64,000 nucleotides of DNA from Lama glama (Eukaryota). Below the pieces are notes generated by a model. That model saw nothing but the letters and a program-made list of their open reading frames with translations, ran no database searches and was not told the DNA's origin. The stretch lies in assembly GCA_028534125.1 (NCBI GenBank), contig CM052816.1:28398001-28462000 (forward strand). The letters run 5' to 3'. The translations under genes were made by a program, and so were the position numbers. Below are positions 11,824 through 24,159 of this stretch, piece after piece (the first letter of the stretch is position 1; each line of letters starts with the position of its first letter).

Positions 11824-12958
11824 AAAAATGTATGAAATACCTGGTATAAACCAGGCATTATGCCAAGCATGGAAAAAGTAAGGATAAAAAGTTAGATTTC
11901 TATTATATCTAAACATGGAGTGAAATATTTCACACATTATTGAATTGTTGTATTAAGCTATGAAGTAGACTTCCAGATGTGGAAATTGTGGCTCTTATGA
12001 GATTAAATCAAGGTCACCACTACCACCTGCAAGCCAAATTTGCTACTCCCCACACCATTAGCACTCTCACTCTAGAGATGAATATTTGTAACAAATAGAG
12101 GACCCTCATCTACTCTCTGACCCTTTACAGAAAAAGTTTGTTCAATCCTGGTTGAATCTATCTAACTTGTTTACTGTGGTACTACTTATGAATCTAACTT
12201 TGCATTTTTTCCAAATGGATTGCCAACTATTTTACTAGTATTTACTGAGTTATCTACATTTTGTTACATTTTGATATGTTACTATTATCATGTAACAATT
12301 CACGTATATACATACATTTATTCATACATTAGTCACTGATTTACTCTTCAGTATGTATTTCAGATTCTGGGTTTTTTGGTTTTGTTTTGTTTTTTAGCAA
12401 AATTTTAAAATTCCATGGGATGGCACTGAAGTTCTAAAGTAACTGGGCAACTGGCATCTGTACAATAGCAAATATTCATATCAGAAACATGGTGGATCAT
12501 CACAATTATTTAGACTTTCATTTTAGGTTGCTCAGTCCTTTGATCAGTTTCTTCATAAACATCTTTAACATTTCTTGTTAGATTTATTCCTAGATAGTAT
12601 ATAGCTTTCATTGCTATTTAGATAGAATATTTTTAAATTATATTTTGTGTTTATGACAGTATAGAGGGATATACTGAATTTTTGAATATTCTTATAGCTA
12701 GCTAATTTACTACCTTTTCTCATTGGTACTAATAAGTTTTTGTCAGTTATCCTTGATTAAGTTTTGACTGTTTTTCATTTTGTTCTTGTTATTGGCTATT
12801 TAAATGTTTCTTGAACCTTTTGGTCATTTATGTGTCTCTACAAAATTAACTATTTTATCCACACTGAAACATAAAAGTCCCTTAAGTGCTCTCCTTTCTG
12901 ATTACTTATATTACTCATTTGCTTCTTCTCTATTTTTTTCCTTCCTAATCTTCAGTGG

Positions 12959-13318
12959 TTCTATAGACTGAATATTTATGTCCCTCCAAAATTCTTATGT
13001 TGAACCCTAATCCCCAGTGTGATGGTATTTGGAGGTGTGGCCTTTTGGAGGTGAACAGGCCACAAGGGCAGAATCCTCATGAATGGGATTAGTACCCTTA
13101 GAAAGGAGAAGGTAGAGAGCTCTCATCCATTCTGCCATCTAAGAACACATGGAGAAGAACGCTGTCTGAGAAGCAGGAAATGGCTTTCACCAGACACCAG
13201 ATCCGCAGGTGCCTTGATCTTGCACTTCCCAGCCTCCAGCTGTGAGATATAAATGTTTGTTGTTTAGGTCACCCAGTCTACGGTGTTTTAGTTACAGCAG
13301 CCCGAACAAATTTAGACA
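12959..13318 (+). mobile_element. MaLR solo LTR (MLT1A/MLT1A0-like)
   Basis: ctatagactgaatatttatgtccctccaaaattcttatgttgaa..ctcatgaatgggattagtaccctt..gccttgatcttgcacttcccagcctccag..gttacagcagcccgaac..agaca. Confidence 0.9.
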
Positions 13319-13324
13319 CATTGC

Positions 13325-13431
13325 AAAAAGAAAGGAACAAAGGAAGAAAGGAAGGAAGGAAGAGAGAGAGAGAGAGGGAAAGACAGAAAGAAAGACAGAA
13401 AGAGAGACAGAAAGAAAGACAGAAAGAAGGA

Positions 13432-13479
<48 letters not shown>

Positions 13480-13482
13480 AAA
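13325..13482 (+). repeat. Compound purine microsatellite (GGAA/GA/GACAGAAA/(GAAA)n)
   Basis: Directly visible; pure GAAA run ~13430-13481. Confidence 0.95.
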
Positions 13483-13703
13483 ATCTAATGACATTCTTTT
13501 CAAAATAAAAGGTTATTTTTTAAATCAAAATTTCCTTTTTTTAAAGTTTGATAGTTTTTATTTGTTTAATTAATTTTTTTATCTTTTATTAGTTTTTCTT
13601 ATCTACTTTGAGAGCATTTTGTTATTCTTTTTTTCAGTTTTTTAGAGTTGAATTATAGCTGTCATTTTAAATTTTATTACATTATAAGTGAGAGAATAAG
13701 GCC

Positions 13704-14307
13704 TGTTTGGTAATCCAAATTCCCAAATATTTGCGTTTCCTAATGTGCATAAAGGGATAGCAAAATATTTTCTCCCTCTCTATGAAAAGAAGAATGACCT
13801 TGAGTTAACTTTTCAGCTCTGTTTCCATGGAAATCTAATACCAGGAGAATGTCAGCTGTATAACGAGGCAACATTGCTTATGATAAAAATTAGCCCTGAT
13901 CTGTAAACTGCATCCGGTCTGGGGAGACTGTGAATGACTATCAACACCTTGTGGGATTTCTTGAGTGAGGTGCCTTCTTATAACTGATGATGTACTTTGC
14001 TTACAGGCTCTTACAAAAGATATGGATTCCTATTTGGGACATGGGAAGTGTTAGAATAGGTATCACACCTACCCATCATCTCAGATTCATACCTAAGCTG
14101 ACACTTGGCAGTGCTGGAGAAAGACTTCAGCCCTAGACACTTGTGGGAATTGTCATGTTGAAGAATCACCTAGTTCTGCCCTAGTGGCCTGCTTTATTTA
14201 TTGCACTGTATTCTTCTAATGAAACCATTGTCAAGTGTGGCCTGTTGGGGTCATGGAAGAGCAATTGTCCAGTTGAATCCAAAACTAGTAGTCATGGGTA
14301 TTATACA
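13704..14307 (+). mobile_element. Possible ancient LTR (family not assigned)
   Basis: ~600 bp unit from TG to CA with an LTR-like ending (ctaatgaaaccattgtcaagtgtggcctgttggggtcatgga..ttgaatcc); no TSD seen. Confidence 0.3.
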
Positions 14308-15476
14308 TAGAAAGATTCTCTTTCATTTACGCATTTATCAAAATGTGATTGACATCATCAAAATGTTTAAATGTGATGTGTAGAAGACCAAGCATGGTCA
14401 GGAAGAGGTATAAAGGAAGACTGTGTACCCCCAGCAACTTGTAACATGGCCCGCAGAAGTAACTAACACCTGAGTCCCCTCTGCATGGTGCCACTGATAA
14501 CTCCTGTTTTGGTCATGATATGCCTGCCACCAAGAAGTCTGATGAGAGCAAGAATTTTGAATGACTTAATAACACTCTTTAAGAAAGAATTAACAAAAAT
14601 GAGCAAAACACTACAGAGGAAGAAGTTGGGCAGAGCTTTTTCAAGATGTGCAAAAAAAGAGTTTCAAAGACTTTTCAATGATCAAAATGCTGAGATAATC
14701 TGGCTTTTAAAAGATAAGTAGGCAGTGTGTTAACACTTGGAAAATGAATGTAGGTGAAGCATTCTAGGTAGACAGATAAAAAGATGCATTTTTACAAATA
14801 TTGTGTGCTATTTCCTTTCACCCATATACTATGTTTTATGTTCTGCCCATATTTTAGATTCAAGTTATAAGAAGTTTAATTATTATACAGATACACATAG
14901 AATGCAGTGAATATGATTATGTTAGGAAAAGCCAGTTATGTGTGCCCTTCATTGTAATCTTTAAGTGCCATTAAATATCTAGCTAGTTCGGCAAAATATT
15001 TTATTTCATGCCTCCCATACTATGACTATTGAGAAAATTACCTTGAAAAATGATTATTTTAATATGAGGAAAATGATACTGCTAATTCTAGCATCATCAC
15101 CTAACTTGACACAACTAATTTCTTCTTATGAATTATCTATTGACATTTTCTAGAATATAAGTGTGACTATCTGATAGCTGTCCTCTTTTCCTGAGCCCAG
15201 CAGCAGGGACGGTACTGTCTACAGAACCTGTAAATCCATGAGCAAGACACCCAGAACAAACTTGTAGGCAATACTTGGCGTATCAAGGATATTTAGTACG
15301 TGCACAGGCACTAGCAGAGCAGCAGTTTAGAGAGATGATATTTAAGTCTTTAAGGCCAGATAGTCATTTTGTAAAGTAAGTACCTGATACCCTAAAATAT
15401 CATGCACCTCAGAATTGCCCTTCTCATCTGAGCTAGTGCATCAGGCATGACATTCAGTAATATTAGTTCTGAATTA

Positions 15477-16001
15477 CAAAGGCCAGCTACAAAATTTACA
15501 AGGCCCAGTGAAAAATAAAATGCATGGCCCTCGTTCAAAAAGCAGGAAAAAAGCTTTTTCCTTTCTTACCCACTTTCTCTTTTTTTATTTGCTATTTAAT
15601 GTCAAGCTCCTCTGGCACAAGTTGACTGCTGACCCCCATATTCCCTGGGCTCTGCCCCGGACCTCAGAGCACATCACATGGCTGCCAGTGTTTTGACCTC
15701 TGCTGAGACAGAGGGCAGCCGTGGTCCTCGGGTATGTGAGGGGAAGTGAGTGGCCACGGCTCATCCAGGTGGGTGGTGAATGTGGAGCCACACCTGAGGA
15801 AAAGTTTCAAGCCCCCAGCACGTTCTCCGTTATCCCATCAGACTTCACTGACACAACACAAATTCAGAGACAAAAATATCAAGATAGTGACTACAGAGCA
15901 TTAAACACCAAGTGTAGTGGGGTATGGGCACGGTGCGCGGGTGCTTATGAAGACAGGGCCCTGTGCAATGGGATGGTCACACACCCATGAAGCCGACCCT
16001 G
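15477..16001 (-). mobile_element. hAT-Tip100 DNA transposon relic (MER45B/C-like)
   Basis: Degenerate TIRs caaaggccagct / agccgaccctg. ggcccagtgaaaaataaaatgc and cagagcattaaac..cagggccctgtgc..cacacccatgaagcc match reverse-complement MER45. Confidence 0.8.
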
Positions 16002-16770
16002 AAAGTCTATCCCAAATAAACTTTCATCTGCCCCACTCCAAAACTTAACACTGAAATTCAGAACAGCTCCAACCACATGTTCAGCTTTGCCTAGTACTAT
16101 GCTCTGTTGTGTTTGAGTTTTCATTCAAAAGTAACTACATAAGAACAATGCATGTGAACTATAAGGAGTGACATAGAATCAGTTTAAGGAACGCCTTAAA
16201 ATATTTACATGAAAAAGCAATATTTTGTATTCATTTTATGTTAAATTACTAGCGTCCCCTTGTTAAGATTTGGACACTTTTACATAGAAAAAGAGTATTT
16301 ATCTAGTGTGTAAACTAGCCATGCAAACTTTATCTTCTGAAACAAGGACATAGTTCGTAAAGTCCATGTAAAATATGTAAGTACTGGACAAATGAATGTG
16401 ATGAATTTCTCTAAGAAAATGAGCAGCAGATACAAATTAAAAACATACTTTTCTTTTGTTCATGGAACATTTGCATTCACAAAGCAAAAAAAACTCTTTA
16501 TTATTTAAACTGTATCTTTCTTTTTTTCCTACATATGTATATGTCTATGTAGGATCATATCAGTTTTAAAAAGTATGTTTTTCAATTATTCTGCCAATTA
16601 ATTTCAGTTGAAATCAGTTAGATGACATAATTTTTAATGATGGAAATTATGTTTTACAAAGGATATTATTTCTAATAGTGAAATTACTATGCTGTGATAA
16701 TGTTTTAAGATAATAACAGTATTATTTCAATATATGTATATCATAAAAGACTATTTAAAAGTATATCTTA

Positions 16771-17461
16771 GTCATTACGGAAAATAGTATGGAAATTCCT
16801 CAAAAAACTAAAAATAGATTTGCAATATGATCCAGCAATCCCACTTCTGGGCATTTATCTAGAGGGAACGCTAATTCAAAAAGATACATGCACCCCAATG
16901 TTCATAGCAGCACTGTATACAATAGCCAAAACATGGAAGCAACCTAAATTTCCACCGACAGATGACTGGATGAAGAATTTGTGGTATATTTATACAACAG
17001 AATATTACTCAGCCATAAAAAGAGTAATGCCATTTGCAGCACCATGGATGGGCCTAGAGATCATCATTCTAAGTGAAGTAAGTCAGAAAGATAAAGAAAA
17101 ATACCGTGTGGTATCACTCATATGTGGAATCTAAAAAAAAAAACAAAGAAAGGACACTATGAACTCATCTACAAAACAGACAGACTTGCAGACATAGTAA
17201 ACAATCATACAGTTACTGGGAAAGGGGGTGGGAAGGGTAAGTTTGAGAGTTTGAGATTTACAAATGTTAGCCACTATATATAAAAATAGATTTTTAAAAA
17301 GTCTCTTCTGTATAGCACCGGGAACTATGTTCAATATTTTGTAATAACATTTAATAAAAAAGAGCATGAAAATGAATATATGTATGTATATGCATGACTG
17401 GGACATTGTCCTGTATACCAGAAATTAACATACTGCAACTGACTGTACTTCAATTTAAAAA
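16771..17461 (+). mobile_element. 5'-truncated LINE-1 (camelid-type; ORF2 end + 3'UTR + polyA)
   Basis: ORF 16820-17134 [36 protein letters not shown] aaaagtatatctta (16757-16770) / aaaagtatatatta (17462-17475), preceded by TT/AAAA. Confidence 0.92.
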
Positions 17462-17944
17462 AAAAGTATATATTAAAAGCCTAGCTCAGATCGTTTTCAG
17501 ATATTTTGTCTAACTTTTGAAAAAAATTTTATTTCTATATAAATATGATTAAATACCATAATTAAAGTCTTCTATAGAAAAGGAGTAAATAACATGAAAA
17601 AAAAGTAATTATTTTCATCCTTTTAGACTCCAACTTAAAAATATTACCTTGAAGAATGCTTTCTAGAAATCTTTTTCAACTTCTCATTATGGGCACAGAT
17701 GAATCACTAAATCAGTCAACACTATGACCAATTTCTTGTGATTAAATACATATCTAGTCACTTCCAAAATATTTCTTCCACAGGATATGTACAGTATGTG
17801 CTTGTTTGCCTGCCTCATTCATTCATTCATCTAAATTATCTGCAGTCCTATGGTGTTTCCTTACTGTTGGCAAATGCTGAACTCTTTATATGAATTGATC
17901 AGCAATTCTTACAAATTCTAAACACAGTGCCTGGTTTGATGTTA

Positions 17945-18125
17945 CGGTTTTGGAGTCTGGGGCTGAAAATCAAGTTCCATCCCATGGTAGTTACAGGGGC
18001 CTGGATATCAAAGATCTGAGACTCAGTTTCCTCATCTGTTAAGAAAAAAAGGGAGGTGGATAGACATTAACATCTATCTTCCAGGGTTGATAAAGAAAAT
18101 AAGTGAGAATATAGGTAAAAATGAT
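17945..18125 (+). mobile_element. MIR SINE relic
   Basis: tttggagtct..ctgagactcagtttcctcatctgtt..cagggttg..taagtgaga (MIR core). Confidence 0.65.
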
Positions 18126-20513
18126 CTTGCAACGTTTACGTATTTCCTTTTTAATAAGAGAGACATTGAACAAATACAATTTTTCGGTGGATAATTCCAA
18201 AAGAGAACTGCCATGATCTTGTGTCCCATCTTCTACAGCTGAAGGAGGGCGTGGTAGTGGATTTGTTAGGAAATAAAACCAGAATCAAAATAGCTGTCTT
18301 GCCATCTTCCTTCTGCTGTTATTAACAACATCACCGCTGGCCGTTTTTGAAACCAAAGCGCTATAAATTCTTTCTCATATGTAATTACTTTAGGGCAATA
18401 TTAGTGAATGGGGAAAAATACAGAAGTGTAAACAAATGCTAAAGGAACCAATTAAGACAGTCAGCAGGACACTTAGTCTTTTTCAATGAACACAGAAAAG
18501 CGCTCTAAGTGAGGTATTTACTTCATAATCGGCGGAACTAGGGGGATTCGGCTATAAAACATGAATGTTTACTTCCCCTGGCTCCCTTGATCTTCATTAA
18601 CGGTGTTCGGAGGACAGTTTTGTTTTCGTTTTTATTTTGTTTTTGTTTGTTTCTGAAAAATCTCTGCTCTCATAATGTTTTCATTAGCCTACACCAAGCA
18701 GGAATTTTTCTCATGCTAATGATTGCAAACTGTTTTCTCTAAAGCCAAAAATGTTTTCAAAACCCCTTCTCCCTAAATCCCTTTTTTCCTGCCCCTCCTT
18801 TTAATTTCCTTTTTCTATTCACTGCCGTGCTGCTTCGGGAAACAGTTGCAAGCCAGATTGCAGAGCGCTGTGAAATGAATGGCTATGATATTTATCCCTC
18901 CTTTTGGCAAAACTCCTTTGTGTAACTGCATTAAAGCCTGTGGAATCTAATGTTAACACGTGCGCATTCTACTGAGTTCCGCTGGAAATGAGGCATGCAG
19001 GAAGAACATTATTTTTTCAGGGTGGAATGAGAGTATCCTCAATCAAAACAAAATTAAAATGCTAACAGTGCTCCCTCCTCCTTGCTTAAACATTTCTGTC
19101 AAACCACATTCATTTTAGGTTTTTAATTTATTACATGAAAAAAGCGATTACAGTACTTCGCTCTCTAATATCAATGGATGTTTTTCAACAATTAAATTCT
19201 GTGGACAAGCAATAAAACACTGTTCTCTTTATGAAATGGCATTTCTTTCTTCCTCTGGCTTTTAAATAAATGATAGGATGCCTTCTGTGAAACAGCAACT
19301 GGGACTTTATGGGTTGCATTTTTATTAACCTAATATAATTGGTTAACTAGTTTTCCCTCCCCAAGCACAAGGAGGGTGAGAAGTCGAGGACAGGGAGGTC
19401 AGCCGTTACAAATCCGCTGAATAAAGCAATTTCATAGTTTGAAAAGGAATCAGATTCTCTCGAGTTAGTAAAGTCTCTGAAGTTACTGGACTTGGAAAAA
19501 CATCGAGTTGCCTATGTTCAGAGATCATCTCTGGTCTCCATTTCCTTTTTTTTAAAACACTGTACTCAAAAGGATTTAGAAGCAAAGCAAAATAAAATAT
19601 ATTCTACTTAATTGTTATTTTTCTTCTTCCAAAATGCTTTCTTTTTAGGCACACATGACAATACGGCAAGCTCAAGGATGGGAAAAAATTTCGTGCATCA
19701 GCTACAACAGAACACTATTTCTGGAAAGTCTTTGTAAAATGCAACGTATAAAAGGTCTTTTAAAATTGTTCTGTTTAACTTGAGAGTAGTAAGATTATGT
19801 TACGAATTTAATTGTTAGGTTTCTAGGATACTTTTTACTTAATCTGAGAAAGGGTCAATTTCCAAGACCTTTACTTCAATCTTGTCGCCGTTGTGAACTA
19901 GAAATCGTGACCATCCATATGTATGCACCCACATTACCGACAGAAAACAGATTACTCTTGGTAAATCAGACAAGTACCCGAATAACGAATAGTCTTTACT
20001 GTCATTAAACTTGGAATTAATCCGAGAGAGGTCCCAGGTACGCTAACAATATTTGCCATGATATTTCTCAAATGCAATTCAATGACATATCACTTTAACC
20101 CCAAAAGAAGGAAACTACACTATCAAAATATCACTAGTGTATTATATTTAGGGTTCAATAATTTCCTCAATAATGGTTAAATCAGAAACAGTCTCAGTGT
20201 TTGGCTCTCAAGGCAATTTTTATTCAGGTGGGGTCTTATATATTCTTTAATATTTCCTCTTTCACTTCATGAACAAAGTACAAACAACATACATGATTTT
20301 GACATTTTCAATTCCACATTATCAGTGGACTTCTAACTAACAGCCACAAAAGCCAATGTTCCTTTGGAAGAAATGGATTCAGAGGGAGCATAATCTTAAA
20401 AAATCATCAGGGTATGTACAGAACAAACCTAGAAGCTTGGGACGATTTAGTGGAAATAAAAGCAAACTTGTACTTTCAACAGCCTCTAAATTTATCTCTA
20501 TTAAAATATAGGG

Positions 20514-20622
20514 CAAAGTTTCACATCCTTGGCAGTCCTAGTATGCTGCTCCAGATAATTATTTCTTGAGGAGCAGGGGGCAGTGCTGTGCACTGTAGTC
20601 TTTTTAGCAACGTCCCTGGTCT
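20514..20622 (-). mobile_element. MER20 (hAT-Charlie) fragment
   Basis: ccagataattatttcttg..gtgctgtgcactgtagtctttttagcaacgtccctggtctc. Confidence 0.55.
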
Positions 20623-21574
20623 CAGGGTCATTTAATGTTGTAAACAGAAAGTTGAACGGTGTTACTTCTTTCATTTATTCAACTGAAAACTTGTGAACTC
20701 CTACCTTTCTGCAACTACCTGCAGTGAAGCTACAGTATTAATTAAGCTACATGTCATTAACAGTGATAAGAATTGTTAAAAAAACAGAGAGTAACACTTG
20801 TTCTGTGCAAGAACACTGTTCTATACTCCTACTAATAGTACTTTGGAAAGCTAAAATGAAAGTTACAATTTTTAAGCACTGATAGTGAACTTTTTCATTT
20901 CATTCCCCCCGTGAATTCATCATTTCTCTATTATTTAGTCTGCCCAAGAAAGACAATGTTTGTCCGTGAGGGTCCAGTACAGAACAAAGTCTTGAATTTA
21001 AATAGTGTTGACAATCCTATTACAGAAACATTTATTGGAAATGTACATGGGTGTATGAACTGCTCAATGAACTTGGAAAACAAAAGTGAGTAAGATATTA
21101 AAGAAAATATCTAATGATATTTGAGCAGATATCAGAGGACAATGACCTCTGCATGAGGGAAAGAGAAAAGACTTTGAAGCCAGCTTTCTTATGAAGGATG
21201 AATAGGATTTCAACGAGAGGGAAAATTATTCAAGCAAAGCAGGGGCAGAGTCAGAAAATCATATGATGAGATGGTGAGAAATCAATGCACTCGGAGCCTA
21301 GCCTCCAGAGAGGGTAGCAGAAGCAGGAGGCACGGACAGAAAGGGAGGTGTTAGCATGTAGGTAACAGGGAGACAGACCTTCAGTGTTTTTAACTAGAAT
21401 GTGACCTGGCCAGATTTGTAGTTTATAGAAAGATGGTTCTGCAGGTATGTGAAGAATGAAATGGAATAGAGCAAGGATAGCAGGTATCACTCAATTAACG
21501 CAATGTTTCAATAGAAAGAGAATGAGATATTGAACTGAAAAAAAAATTAGCATCAGGGATTGAAAAGTTGGAAG

Positions 21575-22121
21575 TCAGACGAGGGAAGAGGGCAGGGCAT
21601 AGCCATTAAAAGAATGACAGAACCACTGAGGATGCAATTAAACCTACTAGGTTTAGAACCCACTAGGCCCAGGATGGCAGAAGATACGACCTCCAGGAGA
21701 CCTTGAGCCTCATTACATGCTCATTGTAATACATTAGCATGCTAAATGACACACACAGGCATCATGACAATTCCAGGGCTGACCATTAAAAGTCAAAAAG
21801 TGGGCAGTGATCCAATTCATGGAAAACCCCACTCCCTCCTCAAAATAGTTGGAATAATCCTCCCACTTTTTAGCCTATGAAATTACCCAGCCCATAAAAA
21901 CTAACAACCCCATACCCTAGGGCCTCTTGCCTTCTGAGATGGCGCACACTCTGTCTATGGAGTGTTTATCTCCCTGAGTAAATCTACTTTCACTTTACTG
22001 TGGCTCGCTCTTGAATTCTTTCCTGCATGAAGCCAGGGATCCTCACTTGGCAGGGCATGTCCAGGGACATGCCCAAGACCTGGGTCATGACCGTCCCCTC
22101 GTGCCCCATTTTCCTGCAATA
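21575..22121 (+). mobile_element. ERV1 solo LTR, MER41-like (artiodactyl type)
   Basis: 4-bp TSD gaag (21571-21574 / 22122-22125), MER41 hallmark attagcatgctaaatgacac..catgaca, and U5 ctttcactttactgtggctcgctcttgaattctttcctgc. Confidence 0.8.
22053..22074. promoter_or_regulatory. Consensus p53-family response element inside LTR
   Basis: GGGCATGTCC-ag-GGACATGCCC: two perfect RRRCWWGYYY half-sites that are exact reverse complements, 2-bp spacer. Confidence 0.5.
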
Positions 22122-22914
22122 GAAGGGACTCAAATTTTAGGATGTAGAATGGACAGAACTGTAAAATAACTAGAATTGAAAGTAAAGAGATGAGGTAGGT
22201 TTTCCTCTACTGTTTCTGATGTGATGACTTGGATGGATAGTATTGTCATTTCCTGAGACAGAACAAGAGGCAAGGGGCAGATTTTAAGGAAATATACTGT
22301 TAACTGAAGAGGATATACTATTGTCCTAAACACCAAAACAATAATATCACAAATAAGGTTTAATATGTTTCAGTGTAAGTTATAGAAATGTTCATTAAAG
22401 TGGGGATTCTAATTTTTTAAACCACAAGCTCCCCAAAAGGAACTTTACTTGTTGATATTATATCTATTAATTAAAGAGGATTCAACTGGAAATCTTTAAA
22501 CTTCATTTCCACGAGTGTCAAGCCTCGATACAGTAAGATTAGAGAATGTGCTAAGGAACAATGCTGGAAAGAGCAGCTTGGCTCATTGGAGGGAAGATAA
22601 TGGCTGATTAATACTCTAGAATTCTTTGGCATTCTAAATGAATTCTGTAGCTGGCTTTGTAAGGTCATAAATCCCTTAGACAATTAGATAAAAGGTATAG
22701 ACTTACCCCTTAAAATATGCAGATTTACACCAACATAATGTTTTGCTTATGATTTCAAGCCTTACAGACTCCCTTGCATTGCATGGAATTCAGCTTAAGA
22801 GCTCTTGATTTAGAGTTGTACAAATTTAATTACAGTAGGTATTATTTTTCAAGATCAAATATATACTTAGTGTTAATAGGGAGCATTTTTTCTTCTAAAT
22901 ACACTCATACAGAT

Positions 22915-23133
22915 CACAGTTGTACAGCTCAGTACTATTGATACTTGGGTTGGATAATTCATTGCTGGGGGCAGGGAAGGGGAAACTGGCAGGTGCATTG
23001 TAGAATGGTGAGCATCACCTTGGCCTCTGCGCATTAGGTGCCATTAACAACCCCCAGTTATGCCAACCACAGATGTCTCAAGACATTGTCAAATGTCTAC
23101 TGGTAGGCACATTTCTCCATTTGAGGACCACAG
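22915..23133 (-). mobile_element. MER20 (hAT-Charlie), near full length
   Basis: cagtactattgatacttgggttggataattc..gtgcattgtagaatg..cccccagttatgccaacc..tgtctcaagacattgtcaaatgtc..ttgaggaccacag. Confidence 0.75.
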
Positions 23134-23184
23134 ATATCGATAACAACTTTTATAAAACTCCCACATAAGAAATAAAGTTAGATA

Positions 23185-23496
23185 CAGTTGGCCCTCTAGG
23201 TTGCCAGGTTCTACATCCTCGGATTCAATCAGATTGGAAAAAAAAAAACTAGAATGTTCAAAACTTGGAACAACAAAAAAAACTAGAATGTTCAAAACTT
23301 GAATTTGCCATGCTAGCAACTATTTACATAGCATATGGATTGTATTAGAGAAGATTTAAAGTATAAAGGAGAATATGCATAGGTTATGTGCAAATCCTAT
23401 GCCTTTTATATTAAGGAGCTGGTCATCCTTAGATTTTGGTATCTGTGGGTGAGTTTTCAGAAACCAGTCCCCTGTACAGATACCAAAGATTGAATG
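23185..23496 (+). mobile_element. TcMar-Tigger relic (MER2-like)
   Basis: TA followed by cagttggccctc TIR; aactatttacatagcat..gatttaaagtata..gcataggttatgtgcaaat..gattttggtatctgtggg..cagatacc. Confidence 0.8.
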
Positions 23497-24159
23497 TCTT
23501 ACATTTCTGAAGAAAACTATTCTCATGGGAAAATCTTCTAGAACGGAGTAACAAAGTTATAGTAAGCACCTAAGGCCAGTGTTTAGATTTTCTATTTTGG
23601 GGGGACAACTCAACCTTTTATCCTACATCCTATTCTCATTGTAAGAATGAAAATGATCTACTATTCAAAGATGGCTGAGAATTACATGATAAAGTCATTA
23701 TATCATAGCAGCTGCCTTGTATCTATTTGTTTTCCTCTTCCTTCTTACAAAATTAACTTTCCCTTTAAGAAATTACTCAAACTTAAGTAATGAAGAAACT
23801 GATATTTTCATAGCAACAGAAAATGCATCAACTCAAAAATAAGTGAAACATTGTAAAAGCTAGTTAGTAATTGAATATACTACCATATGCAATATGAGCA
23901 AATCTGTATTTTTATGGAAAATGTTAAATTTATCTAGTTCTGTAATGGGAAATCTGTAACTTATGGGCAAGTTATGGGATACATTGGCAGCAGATAAAAA
24001 ATCTAATAATACTCATACATAAAGACACTGGAAATTTAATATAAAGCCTGTTTTACCCTTCTCTGCCATTCCTTTGTCCCCAGTTTTGCTCTATGAAATG
24101 ATGTATCTGGTCTCTCCCTTTATTATCATTTATATTTCTTCTTTTTTTTTATTTTTCAG

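Larger units (their letters stand above)
12170..13680 (-). mobile_element. Ancient LINE-1 (L1ME-like) ORF2 relic, interrupted by the MLT1A LTR and a GAAA repeat
   Basis: ttccaaatggattgccaact, acatttcttgttagatttattcctagata and atactgaatttttgaatatt match reverse-complement old L1 ORF2. Confidence 0.55.
21150..22300 (-). mobile_element. LINE-2 relic split by the MER41-like LTR
   Basis: tgaaggatgaataggattt..gtgacctggccagatttgtagtttatagaaagat before the LTR; attttaggatgtagaatggacaga..gtcatttcctgagacag after it. Confidence 0.55.

Noticed and set aside
13242..13508. K/E/R-rich and F/L/S-rich ORFs
   Set aside because: GAAA microsatellite artefact
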